54,973 bases of DNA from Promethearchaeota archaeon (lineage in GTDB: Archaea > Asgardarchaeota > Lokiarchaeia > Sigyniarchaeales > SOKP01), in NCBI GenBank assembly GCA_048938025.1, contig JBHLMP010000021.1, positions 1-54,973 on the forward strand, read 5' to 3'. The notes beneath the pieces were generated by a model. The model was given only the letters and a program-made list of their open reading frames with translations. It made no database searches and was not told where the DNA came from. Position 1 is the first letter of the stretch. Every line of letters begins with the position of its first letter. A program made the translations under genes and the position numbers. Below, in pieces: positions 38,564-47,730 of this stretch.

Positions 38564-39292
38564 ATGCCAAAAAGAAATATCTTATTAGCTGTTTTTGGTA
38601 TTCTTGTCCTTTTATCAGTAATAACTTTCTTACCAGTCGCAAATGGTTATAATTATATATATATTGATGCTGAAGACGATGTTTATCAATACTGTGATAG
38701 TACTGATGAAACTGATATTGGTGATTATCATGATGAAATAGATATTGTTAAACTAAATATTACTGGAAAGTATGCAAGTTTTACTGTAGCAGGTGATCTT
38801 GGTGATTGGGATCCTCATCATCATGCCGTAATTATTTTTTCTTCACATTTTACATATAATGGACCACACGAGGGTCTCTCTTGGAGATCTCCTTTTTACT
38901 TAATAGACTATGAATCCCCTTCTTTTGCTTCTTTAGAGAGAGCTTATAGTTTGGGCGGAGACGGATATGTTTATGAAGTATGGAATGGTACAGCTTGGGA
39001 AAATGAAACTACAGCAACTCCAGCAAATATACTTAATGAAAGTTCACAACATTCAATAATTGCCTATATTCCTGATGCAGTTGAGGAAATTCCCAGTGAT
39101 ATGAAATGCATACTAAATACCGAGGTAATACCGTGGTTTATACCTTCTGATTGTTGGTACGAGGATATTGCCCCTGCTCTGCCTACTGCTGGAGGAGGAG
39201 GCAACATTCCAGGTTATAACTTATTCATACTGTTCTGTGTGATGATTGGTATTACTATACTGCTTATAAGAAAACGAAATAAATTAAAATAA
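38564..39292 (+). CDS. Secreted surface protein with IPGY anchor, tandem copy 2
   Basis: Paralog of 37618-38343 with the same architecture. Confidence 0.85.
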   Translation: MPKRNILLAVFGILVLLSVITFLPVANGYNYIYIDAEDDVYQYCDSTDETDIGDYHDEIDIVKLNITGKYASFTVAGDLGDWDPHHHAVIIFSSHFTYNGPHEGLSWRSPFYLIDYESPSFASLERAYSLGGDGYVYEVWNGTAWENETTATPANILNESSQHSIIAYIPDAVEEIPSDMKCILNTEVIPWFIPSDCWYEDIAPALPTAGGGGNIPGYNLFILFCVMIGITILLIRKRNKLK

Positions 39293-39331
39293 GTCCTTAT
39301 TTTTTCTTTTTATTTACACAATATAAATCTA

Positions 39332-39691
39332 TTATTCATAAAGGACGCAAGCCATCAAGGTAAATTTCCATGGAATGTCATTTCCATCATATACTAGAGA
39401 TTTAACTTCATCAAAAGGTTCTTTTCCAGAAAAATCTTTAAAAGTTTTCCATGCGAGTTTTCCTATGGCTTGCTCATTTTCCGATATTTCTAAAAATCGT
39501 TCTTTAATCCCTGCCCAGTAAATTCGTTTCATATCTATTATTTTTTTTAATTCAGGCAAATCAATTAAGCCTTCCGTAACTAAATTCTCACTAACCAGTT
39601 GGAAGTGTTTACTAAATTTTCTAGAAATCTCTTCTGGATTACCTTCTGTTCGATTGTATAAAAAAACTAATCCAATTGCTTTCATTTTCAA
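39332..39691 (-). CDS. Hypothetical protein
   Basis: 119-aa ORF with globular composition. Confidence 0.7.
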   Translation of the reverse strand: MKMKAIGLVFLYNRTEGNPEEISRKFSKHFQLVSENLVTEGLIDLPELKKIIDMKRIYWAGIKERFLEISENEQAIGKLAWKTFKDFSGKEPFDEVKSLVYDGNDIPWKFTLMACVLYE

Positions 39692-39837
39692 CTAAGTGTT
39701 TTTAATTATATGATTTGAAAAATTAATCTTCTTTTTAATAACTTGATATTATTAATCATAAAGCTTATTATTGTTTTTATTAAATATCTGAATTGATTAG
39801 ATTTTTTTTCTTATATCATATAAAAAGGAATTTAGGT

Positions 39838-40035
39838 ATGCCAAAAGTATGCAAATGGTATTTTTGCTGTCCCATAAAATATTATGTGGAAAAGGGTAAA
39901 CTTGAGAGAAAATGGATTGAAGAATATTGTTTGATAAGTAATAATGATTGTGTGAGGTATGAAATGGAAGAAAAAGGTGTACCCCACCCCGATAATTTAC
40001 TTCCAAACGGGGAAATCAGAGAAGATTTAAAATAG
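39838..40035 (+). CDS. Small Cys-rich protein
   Basis: MPKVCKWYFCCP...EEYC....DCVRY...HPDNLLPNG; ATG 39838 is the more plausible start. Confidence 0.7.
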   Translation: MPKVCKWYFCCPIKYYVEKGKLERKWIEEYCLISNNDCVRYEMEEKGVPHPDNLLPNGEIREDLK

Positions 40036-40086
40036 ATAGTTTTGAAATTAAATAAATATAATAATTGATGAAGATCCTTAAAATTA

Positions 40087-40923
40087 TTAATAAACTTTGT
40101 TTATTTGATTCTTTCTTTTCTTAAATGTTAATGTTTTTGGTCCAAATAATAATAAAACAATTACTACAACAATATCAAGTAAAATTGAAAAAAGCAAATT
40201 GCCTAGTAATGTAAGATATTGTAGAAATATAAAATTAGATGCATTAATCGATGTGTGAAAAGTCATAGCTACTAATATACTACCATTTGTATTGTTATTT
40301 AACCAAGTGAATAATATCGATAATATAATTGTGGAAGATACAAAGAAAAAAAAGGTTTGATTCACATAAAGCGACCCAATTATATAAAATAAAGGAAAAT
40401 GCCACAGACCCCAAATCCCACCAAGAATTATACTCGAGTTAAGCGCATCATATACAGATTGAAGGTGCTCTAGTAAATAGCCTCTCCATCCAACTTCTTC
40501 TTGAAGAGGACCTCCAAGGAAAAAAATTATAATATATAAATAAATAATATTTTTGAAATCTATTAAAGGATTTAATCCTTGGGGAGTATTTCCATCAATA
40601 CTTAATGCAAGTATAAAGGAAACACCAAATAAAGCAGGAACCAAAAAGATTGATACTAAAAAATAATACCATTTATGCCAATGCCAACATCGGTGCCAAA
40701 GATTTTGGGTAGCTTCAAAACCCTCGCCGAAAAGAGTGAGGAAAAATCCTGCAAGAGAGGGACCAAATGACCCTATTAGCATTAAACCATTAAAAACTAA
40801 AGAGTAATTAAATAATCCAAAGGAAGAAAGCAAACTAGGCAACCATAAAAGCCACGAAAATGAAAATGTAATTATGATAAATAAAGTTACATTCTTATTA
40901 TGAGGGTAATAGTCGTCTAACAT
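40087..40923 (-). CDS. CPBP (Abi/CAAX type II) intramembrane protease
   Basis: EEVGWRG, WGLWH, FHTSIN; multiple TM segments. Confidence 0.92.
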   Translation of the reverse strand: MLDDYYPHNKNVTLFIIITFSFSWLLWLPSLLSSFGLFNYSLVFNGLMLIGSFGPSLAGFFLTLFGEGFEATQNLWHRCWHWHKWYYFLVSIFLVPALFGVSFILALSIDGNTPQGLNPLIDFKNIIYLYIIIFFLGGPLQEEVGWRGYLLEHLQSVYDALNSSIILGGIWGLWHFPLFYIIGSLYVNQTFFFFVSSTIILSILFTWLNNNTNGSILVAMTFHTSINASNFIFLQYLTLLGNLLFSILLDIVVVIVLLLFGPKTLTFKKRKNQINKVY

Positions 40924-41228
40924 TCTATAATTTTATTAAAATCGAAAATTCGTTTACATCTTCATTAGTATTAGATAATATTTTCAGTAATCGAATATTA
41001 ATTGCGAATTTATATAGTTTACCTCTTGAAATGAGGATAGTTTTTATAATTGGACATTTTTACATAACTCAACACACTTTTTCTTTTTCTATAAAGATTT
41101 GGTAATAAGTTCTATAAATTCTTATGACATTGCTTATTAGATTTAGTATTTTTTGAACAAAAATCCTCTTTCTTTTTATATATTGGTAAAGAATTACCTT
41201 TAAACTAATATTCTGACTTGGAATAAAA

Positions 41229-41555
41229 GTGAATTCGCAATTATTAGAAAAGAAAGTTGAGGGTCTTTTAGAAAATATTCTAAAACCAGAGGAATCAGAA
41301 AATAAAAGGAGAATTCAAAGAATAAAATTTCGGCTATTATCTAAACTTGTAGCTGATCTATTTGATAACAAGGATTCAAGAGAATGTTTTCATAATATCT
41401 CAAATCTAATAATTTTGATGCTTAATTTGTATAAAGATACTTTTCCTGTTGATATATTTCTAAATAAAGAAAAAGAGAGAGAAGTAAAGTCGACAACTAA
41501 ACATAAACAAATCTTGAAGCAAGAATTTCTAATGAAAGATAATTTTAGGAGGTAA
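41229..41555 (+). CDS. Small hypothetical protein
   Basis: 108-aa helical ORF; PVDIF...KQILKQEF loosely matches the 37175/41965 family. Confidence 0.65.
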   Translation: MNSQLLEKKVEGLLENILKPEESENKRRIQRIKFRLLSKLVADLFDNKDSRECFHNISNLIILMLNLYKDTFPVDIFLNKEKEREVKSTTKHKQILKQEFLMKDNFRR

Positions 41556-41558
41556 GAG

Positions 41559-41879
41559 ATGGGTTTAAATGTTGGAAAGATAAAACAATCAGAAAGAATC
41601 CATCTCTCACCAGACTTTAATAAATCATCTGTAATTAAAAGTAAAAATAATAAATTTGATTGCATTATTACAAAAGATTCTATCATTATTGCTAATGAGA
41701 ATTTGGCAATTATCACAATTCTACATTCTCTTTTGTTAACTAACTCAGATCTAAATAATAAACAAAAGCTGGATTATTGTAAAAGTGAAAGATTCTTCAT
41801 GAAATTATATTTGAGAGAGTTAATAACTAATCTTAGTTCAAGAGATTTTGAAATTAATGTTAATTTAAATCCATATTAA
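41559..41879 (+). CDS. Small hypothetical protein
   Basis: AGGAGGT SD; starts 3 nt after the previous stop. Confidence 0.65.
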   Translation: MGLNVGKIKQSERIHLSPDFNKSSVIKSKNNKFDCIITKDSIIIANENLAIITILHSLLLTNSDLNNKQKLDYCKSERFFMKLYLRELITNLSSRDFEINVNLNPY

Positions 41880-41964
41880 TATTCAGTTTTAGTTTTATTA
41901 CTAAATTTGTCGAGAGTTTTCTTTTAAATAACACTGATATTATAATATGCTTAAATAAATTAGT

Positions 41965-42222
41965 GTGAGATTGAAATTGAGTTTAGAATTAATTAATAAA
42001 GGAATTAATAATATAGAGAAAAGAAAACAAGTTAATGCACCTCAAGAGTTTATTGACATTTCAACTTTAGCAACTCCTTTTTCTAGTATTTTTGAGAAAT
42101 TTTCTCCTTCAGATATTTATACTGGAAATGAGATTATTCCTTTTAAAAAAAAAGACCCAGAATTCAAACTTATATTAATTTATGAGTTTGGAAATGCGTT
42201 AAAAGAGTTAAAAAAAAAATAG
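41965..42222 (+). CDS. Small hypothetical protein (paralog of 37175-37444)
   Basis: IYTGNEIIPFKKKDPEFKLILIYEFGNALKEL. Confidence 0.7.
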   Translation: MRLKLSLELINKGINNIEKRKQVNAPQEFIDISTLATPFSSIFEKFSPSDIYTGNEIIPFKKKDPEFKLILIYEFGNALKELKKK

Positions 42223-42330
42223 GATAACATATCTTTTTATGTAATATTTGTACTCTAATACTTTCAAAAACATTTAATTGAAATAATTATAAATATGACT
42301 TGAATTCTATATAGTTTTAATAAAAATTAT

Positions 42331-42981
42331 ATGGTAAAAACAACAATGGAAAAACTAAATAAAATCTATGAAAAAATTCATGCAAGTTATTTTGCTATTA
42401 TAGGAGTCTTGGTCTTCATAATTGGGCTTATACCTGCGATTTTAGTACACCCGGATTTTAGCTTTTTGTCTACATTTATCAGTAACTTAGGAGAACCGTC
42501 ATCGAATGACTTATGGATATATTTTAATGCACTATGGTTTATCACAGGAATATTAATGATCTTTTTTATATTTGGTTTTACTCAATACCTGCTAGAAAAA
42601 GGAGCTTATAAACTGGGAACCTGGATAATGTGTATTTTTGGTGTACTTTCAGCAGTAGGGATTCTAGGTTTAGCGATATTTAATGCGGAGGATGCATATA
42701 AAATGCACTACACATCAGAATTACTTTTCTTCTTTACAGGAATACTATATCTTTTTGGATATGCAGCTTTAGAACGTAAGCTATCAAGTTTCCCTAAATG
42801 GCAGGTTATATTTAATATAATAGTAGCATTCTTCTTTATTCTATATTTGATTTTGTTGATAGTCAATAGAATAAACGAAGATATTGCAGTTGAAGCCCGA
42901 ACTCTTGCTGAATGGTTATTTCTCTTCGCAAACCTTACTTGGTTCGTTGAAAATGGAGTTTTTATACTGAAAAAAAAATAA
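42331..42981 (+). CDS. DUF998-like membrane protein
   Basis: FISNLG, FN, MH...LFF and EW motifs; six TM segments. Confidence 0.75.
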   Translation: MVKTTMEKLNKIYEKIHASYFAIIGVLVFIIGLIPAILVHPDFSFLSTFISNLGEPSSNDLWIYFNALWFITGILMIFFIFGFTQYLLEKGAYKLGTWIMCIFGVLSAVGILGLAIFNAEDAYKMHYTSELLFFFTGILYLFGYAALERKLSSFPKWQVIFNIIVAFFFILYLILLIVNRINEDIAVEARTLAEWLFLFANLTWFVENGVFILKKK

Positions 42982-42998
42982 TCAATTTCTAATCTTTT

Positions 42999-43337
42999 TT
43001 ATCCTAATTTTTTTAATTGAAAAATAGTAGGATTTAAAAACACATTTTGGCACATAGGACAAGCATTATATTTCATCAACCAAGATGATACGCAATAATC
43101 ATGATATTTACTACCACAAAAGGAGCAAGTTATGGTTCTAGCTTCATTATAATTGATATATTTATGGCAGATTGTACATTGAATTCTTTGATTAGATATC
43201 TTGGTCTTTTCAATCCTTAATGGCTTTCCACAATAACAACAAAAATTCGCTTTGTTCTTATTACGATCAGGTAGTTTATTACCACAATAGGTACAATAAT
43301 TATAACTATATTGAGACAAGATACATCTCACTTTCAT
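42999..43337 (-). CDS. Zinc-ribbon + RING finger protein (putative E3 ligase)
   Basis: CTYCG...FCCYCG, then CTIC...CSFCGSKYHDYCVSSW....ACPMC. Confidence 0.85.
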   Translation of the reverse strand: MKVRCILSQYSYNYCTYCGNKLPDRNKNKANFCCYCGKPLRIEKTKISNQRIQCTICHKYINYNEARTITCSFCGSKYHDYCVSSWLMKYNACPMCQNVFLNPTIFQLKKLG

Positions 43338-43455
43338 CTATTTATTAGATCACTCTTTAACATAATATCCAATATTAATATAAGTAATAAAATGATCTTT
43401 AGTCCAATTTTTAGAAGAAAAAAAGATTTCTTAGAAGCGAAAAAAAAAGATATAT

Positions 43456-44244
43456 TTATTTATATTTAGAGATAAATTCCTTCAAGGGAGTAATATATTC
43501 CTTTCTAAAAGAAAAGATATTATTATGGCCAGCTCCCTCTATTAAAATTATATTTTTTTCAACGTTTTCAGGGAGAATTTTATGTATTACTAATCCCTCT
43601 TCGATTGGAATAATCCAATCTGCTGTTCCATGAATAACTAGAACGGGTTTTTTAAATTTCTTTATTCTTGTATCATTGGAATACTCTTTTAAAGATTCTG
43701 GAGTGATTTTAGGGCTACTAACTCTAAATAACCGTGTCATTATATTATAAGCACTTGCAAATCCACTCTCAAAAATGATTCCACGCAAACTATCGGGATT
43801 ATGAGCACCAATTTCAGAAGCACAAATACTTCCAAGTGAACGACCTAGGATAAATAGAGAATCATTTAAATTATTATTATGCATCCACTTATAAAATTCA
43901 TTATATATTGGCATAGCATCTGTTATTAGACTACTATAAATTGGTTCACCGGAGCTAAATCCATACCCGCGAAAATCAACAACTGCTAAGTTAACATCAC
44001 ATTCAAAAAAAAAGTCTAAAAAGTAGCGATATTCTAATGCAACCTCTCCATTTCCATGGAAGAGTAGAATTGTTGGCAATTCTTTATGGTTTAAATAGAA
44101 AAATCCACCAATTATTATGTATTTACTAATTTGAAATTGTAAAACTTTAATATTGGCCTCCAAATTTTGTGGAATTGGTGTTTTTCGAGGATAAAAAACA
44201 ACATTGGAAATAACAGGATTATCAATAATCGATTTTTTTACCAT
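43456..44244 (-). CDS. Alpha/beta hydrolase (ABHD13/17, BEM46-like)
   Basis: FHGNGE, DFRGYGFSSG, GRSLG, IHGTAD, GAGHN. Confidence 0.9.
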   Translation of the reverse strand: MVKKSIIDNPVISNVVFYPRKTPIPQNLEANIKVLQFQISKYIIIGGFFYLNHKELPTILLFHGNGEVALEYRYFLDFFFECDVNLAVVDFRGYGFSSGEPIYSSLITDAMPIYNEFYKWMHNNNLNDSLFILGRSLGSICASEIGAHNPDSLRGIIFESGFASAYNIMTRLFRVSSPKITPESLKEYSNDTRIKKFKKPVLVIHGTADWIIPIEEGLVIHKILPENVEKNIILIEGAGHNNIFSFRKEYITPLKEFISKYK

Positions 44245-44407
44245 TTTAAAATGTCTCTTATAATATTTTAATAAAATTACTCAAATGCTTATATTATTTT
44301 TTCAAAATTTTTGTACAAAATGCATAAATTTTAAATAAAATTGAGATCCATATTTATCTGCATTTGAATCCAATTTTTTAAAAAAATAAAAGAGGTTTAG
44401 ATAAGTT

Positions 44408-44713
44408 ATGGGAATTTTTATGATAACTGTATGGTATCCAATGCATAAAGCTACTGATGTAGCTAAAACCTATCTAAAACAGCCTAGAGAGATACCTTTT
44501 GTAACAAAATGGAGAGCTTTCAATACTACTGGTGGAAAAGATGGATTTAAGCAATACCATGTAATTTACACTGAAAGAGGGAAAGCCGAAGAGGCAGGAT
44601 TAGAAGTATTTAAATATTTTAGTGCTTTTATGAATATTGAAGGTTTTAACTTGCTGGTTGAATCACTAACAGGAGTATCAGATAGCTTTAAACTAATTGG
44701 AATGAACTGGTAA
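44408..44713 (+). CDS. Small hypothetical alpha/beta protein
   Basis: 101-aa ORF with GAGGT upstream. Confidence 0.7.
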   Translation: MGIFMITVWYPMHKATDVAKTYLKQPREIPFVTKWRAFNTTGGKDGFKQYHVIYTERGKAEEAGLEVFKYFSAFMNIEGFNLLVESLTGVSDSFKLIGMNW

Positions 44714-44739
44714 TTAATAAATATTTTAAATTTTTTTTT

Positions 44740-45294
44740 TTATTTTCTATGTACTTTTTTCTTATATGCAACTAAAAGAACCGATACTGTACTTAGCAGT
44801 ATTAAAAAGAATATTCCAAATGCAAAATTAACAACTTGTCCATTTTCATCTAAGCATATTTCATAATCAGCAGCTTCCCATGCTGTAATACCTCCAAGCA
44901 TATTGTAGACTTTCGTAAAATTTTGATTTACAAGAAACAGACTTCCAGTTTGACTTCTACCACCAGTTCTGCAATATACAATAATCTCTGTATCCTTATA
45001 AGGTTCAAGCTCGCTAATTCTTGTTGCAAGTTCACCAAGCGGTATCAAAATTGCATCACATAAATGACCCTCATCATATTCCCATTGATCTCTTACATCC
45101 AAAACAATTAGATCAGGATATTGGGCATTATTGTTTATCATGTCACGTGCTGTGGATACATCAATATCTGTATAACTTTGTGCTTTAACATTAACGATTG
45201 AGACGTAATTAAAAGATAAGAAAAATATCAATAAAAATAGAATAAGAAACATATATCTATGGATTTTAGAATTTAAACGTACTTTTGAATTCAT
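44740..45294 (-). CDS. Exported rhodanese-domain protein with C-terminal TM anchor
   Basis: Signal peptide, LDVRDQWEYDEGHL, YCRTGGRS, GGITAW; TM + KKKVHRK. Confidence 0.88.
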   Translation of the reverse strand: MNSKVRLNSKIHRYMFLILFLLIFFLSFNYVSIVNVKAQSYTDIDVSTARDMINNNAQYPDLIVLDVRDQWEYDEGHLCDAILIPLGELATRISELEPYKDTEIIVYCRTGGRSQTGSLFLVNQNFTKVYNMLGGITAWEAADYEICLDENGQVVNFAFGIFFLILLSTVSVLLVAYKKKVHRK

Positions 45295-45315
45295 TTCAAA
45301 TCACCTTCTAATAAT

Positions 45316-46062
45316 TTATTTTGCTTTTCCTTGAGCTGCTACAGCTTCCATTGCTTCTTTGACTTTCTCAGCTTCTCCAAGGTAATAATGTTTTATTGGC
45401 TTTAAATCATCATCAAGTTCATAAATAAGGGGAATTCCTGTAGGAATATTGAGACTTACTATTTCATTTTCGGGTACATTATCTAAGTATTTAACTAATG
45501 CACGTAAACTATTTCCGTGGGCAGATATTAGCACTCTTTTTCCAGATTTAATAGTTGGTGCTATTACATCATGCCAGTAGGGTAAGAATCGCTCAACCGT
45601 ATCTTTTAAGCATTCCGTTTGTGGTATATCCTTTGGATCTAATTCTTTATATCTTGGATCATTTCCAGGATATCTTGGATCTGTCGTTTTAAGAGCGGGT
45701 GGAGGGGTATCATAACTCCTTCTCCAAATAAGTACTTGTTCTTCACCTACTTCTGCTGCCATTTTCGCCTTATAAAAACCCTGTAATGCTCCGTAATGCC
45801 TTTCATTTAATCGCCATGAACGATAGACAGGTATCCACATTAAATCCATATGATCTAATACAATCCATAGAGTTCTTATACCTCTTTTCAATACAGATGT
45901 ATAAGCTATATCAAACGTATAACCTCCTTCTTTTAATAATCTGGCAGATTCTTCCGCTTCTTCAATTCCTTTTTCTGAAAGATCAACATCAGTCCATCCA
46001 GTAAATCTGTTTTCTTTATTCCAAGTGCTCTCTCCATGTCTTAGAAGCACTAATATATAGAT
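45316..46062 (-). CDS. gpmA: 2,3-bisphosphoglycerate-dependent phosphoglycerate mutase
   Basis: [45 protein letters not shown]; start ATC 46062 or GTG 46050. Confidence 0.95.
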   Translation of the reverse strand: MYILVLLRHGESTWNKENRFTGWTDVDLSEKGIEEAEESARLLKEGGYTFDIAYTSVLKRGIRTLWIVLDHMDLMWIPVYRSWRLNERHYGALQGFYKAKMAAEVGEEQVLIWRRSYDTPPPALKTTDPRYPGNDPRYKELDPKDIPQTECLKDTVERFLPYWHDVIAPTIKSGKRVLISAHGNSLRALVKYLDNVPENEIVSLNIPTGIPLIYELDDDLKPIKHYYLGEAEKVKEAMEAVAAQGKAK

Positions 46063-46172
46063 ATTAATTCACCTCATTAAACATCTTATTTTAACTTAAA
46101 TATATGTATTAATATTTTAAATTAAATTATTTCTTTGTTAGTTATAAAACTTACACTTATAGGAGATAAATC

Positions 46173-46847
46173 GTGATAAAAGAAGGTATACTAAAAGGAG
46201 GAAGACGCAAGGAAGAAAATTGGAATAAGACTAAATTAGGTGAACCTTTTAAAGAAGCAGTAGATCAATTTAGAGAGAAGGTTTTAAATCGAAAGGATTT
46301 TGATCCAACCTCATTGCTCCAATTTGGGTTGTTTATGTCCTTGGGAGTAATAAATATTTTAAAAGAGAATGAAGCTAGATTTGGAGTAGAAGGTCAAAAA
46401 GCCGTAAATGATGCGTTAATAAAAACCGGATATATGGTCGGAGAATATATAGTAAAAGATATTAAAATTCCATCAGGAATAAGCCCAATAGAATTGATGA
46501 GTTTTTTGGCAACAATTATAAACACACAAGCATGGACATCTATAGAGGATCCACGAATAGATAACGATAAGCAGTGTTCATTTGATATTTTATGGTGTCC
46601 ACTACAAGATATATATTCTGCTTTTGATTGTCGAGTTCAAAGATACCTAGTACAAGGAATTATAAATGCATTTAGAGATTCTAATATATTAAATAATGAA
46701 TATCATATAGAATTCACTAAAACAATTCCCGCTGGAGCAGAATGCTGTACTTTTATAATTTCTGAGAAAAAACCGGGAGAAAGAGATAAATGGGTAGTTT
46801 ATTCTAAATTCTTAGAAAAGAAAGCACTAAAACAAAAAAGAAAATAA
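46173..46847 (+). CDS. ATC-hydrolase/V4R-like small-ligand-binding protein
   Basis: FDILWCPL...DC...FTKTIPAGAECCTF pattern. Confidence 0.6.
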   Translation: MIKEGILKGGRRKEENWNKTKLGEPFKEAVDQFREKVLNRKDFDPTSLLQFGLFMSLGVINILKENEARFGVEGQKAVNDALIKTGYMVGEYIVKDIKIPSGISPIELMSFLATIINTQAWTSIEDPRIDNDKQCSFDILWCPLQDIYSAFDCRVQRYLVQGIINAFRDSNILNNEYHIEFTKTIPAGAECCTFIISEKKPGERDKWVVYSKFLEKKALKQKRK

Positions 46848-47053
46848 AAAAGTTTTATTAATAAAATAATTTTATTATTCAGTTTTTAATCATTTTTTCT
46901 TTAATGTCCCATCTCTTTCAGTTTTTTATGTTTCGCATCATGTAACATAAATATATCCTTATAATAAAAAAAATTATATGTATAAATATCCAATTTTATT
47001 TTAATATAAAATTTTACAAAAAATGTGAATCCAATAAAAAATTAGAGTTATTA

Positions 47054-47710
47054 GTGTTTAAAATGAAAAATTATAAAAAATCATTATTATTTTTAGCTAT
47101 TATTTTGTTTTTGATGTCTTTTTTAAGCCATAAGGCAGTGTGTGATACTACTTTAAGAGATACAACTTTTTATCCTGAGATTGGCGATAAATTTACATGG
47201 AATGCTCCTGGGGGATATAAATATGAATTAACTATAGAGGATATGTATGATAGCAATCCTTATTTTCAAATTAATACGACATTAAGATATTATAATGCCT
47301 CTATTTCAACATGGCAGTTTTTAATGTACGATGAATTTATGGTGGGTGCTAATGAAACCCAGAATTTGATCAATTATAATATAGAATATGTCCTAAGTGC
47401 ATTCATTTTTTTAATACCTAAACCTATCAATTTAACAATGGTTGGAGAATATTTAATAACTACATATTATGATGATTATGAAATCTCAGGGAAGACTTTA
47501 ACTTTAGATCCAGAAAGTTTTATTAGTTATGCCATTACATATAATTCTAATGGAATTGCAACTAAAATAGTAGCGACAATTTTTGGTTACTCAGTGGCTA
47601 TAACATTACAAAATGGTGGTAATGAGATATCTTTCGGGTTTAATTTTCTAGTTATCGCTGTAATTGGCGTTGTAACACTTGTTTTAATAAAAAAAAAACT
47701 TATTAAATAA
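47054..47710 (+). CDS. Secreted surface protein with ISFG-type C-terminal anchor
   Basis: Signal peptide, YPEIGDKFTW, ends GGNEISFG-TM-KKKLIK. Confidence 0.75.
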   Translation: MFKMKNYKKSLLFLAIILFLMSFLSHKAVCDTTLRDTTFYPEIGDKFTWNAPGGYKYELTIEDMYDSNPYFQINTTLRYYNASISTWQFLMYDEFMVGANETQNLINYNIEYVLSAFIFLIPKPINLTMVGEYLITTYYDDYEISGKTLTLDPESFISYAITYNSNGIATKIVATIFGYSVAITLQNGGNEISFGFNFLVIAVIGVVTLVLIKKKLIK

Positions 47711-47730
47711 ATATTGCTGCACTAAGTTAA

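Noticed and set aside
37618-39292. Diversity-generating retroelement TR/VR pair
   Set aside because: Differences include indels and non-adenine changes, both copies are intact genes, and no reverse transcriptase is in the window
46925-46951. Inverted repeat TTTATGTT-N11-AACATAAA upstream of 47054
   Set aside because: Short and AT-rich; plausible by chance at this base composition
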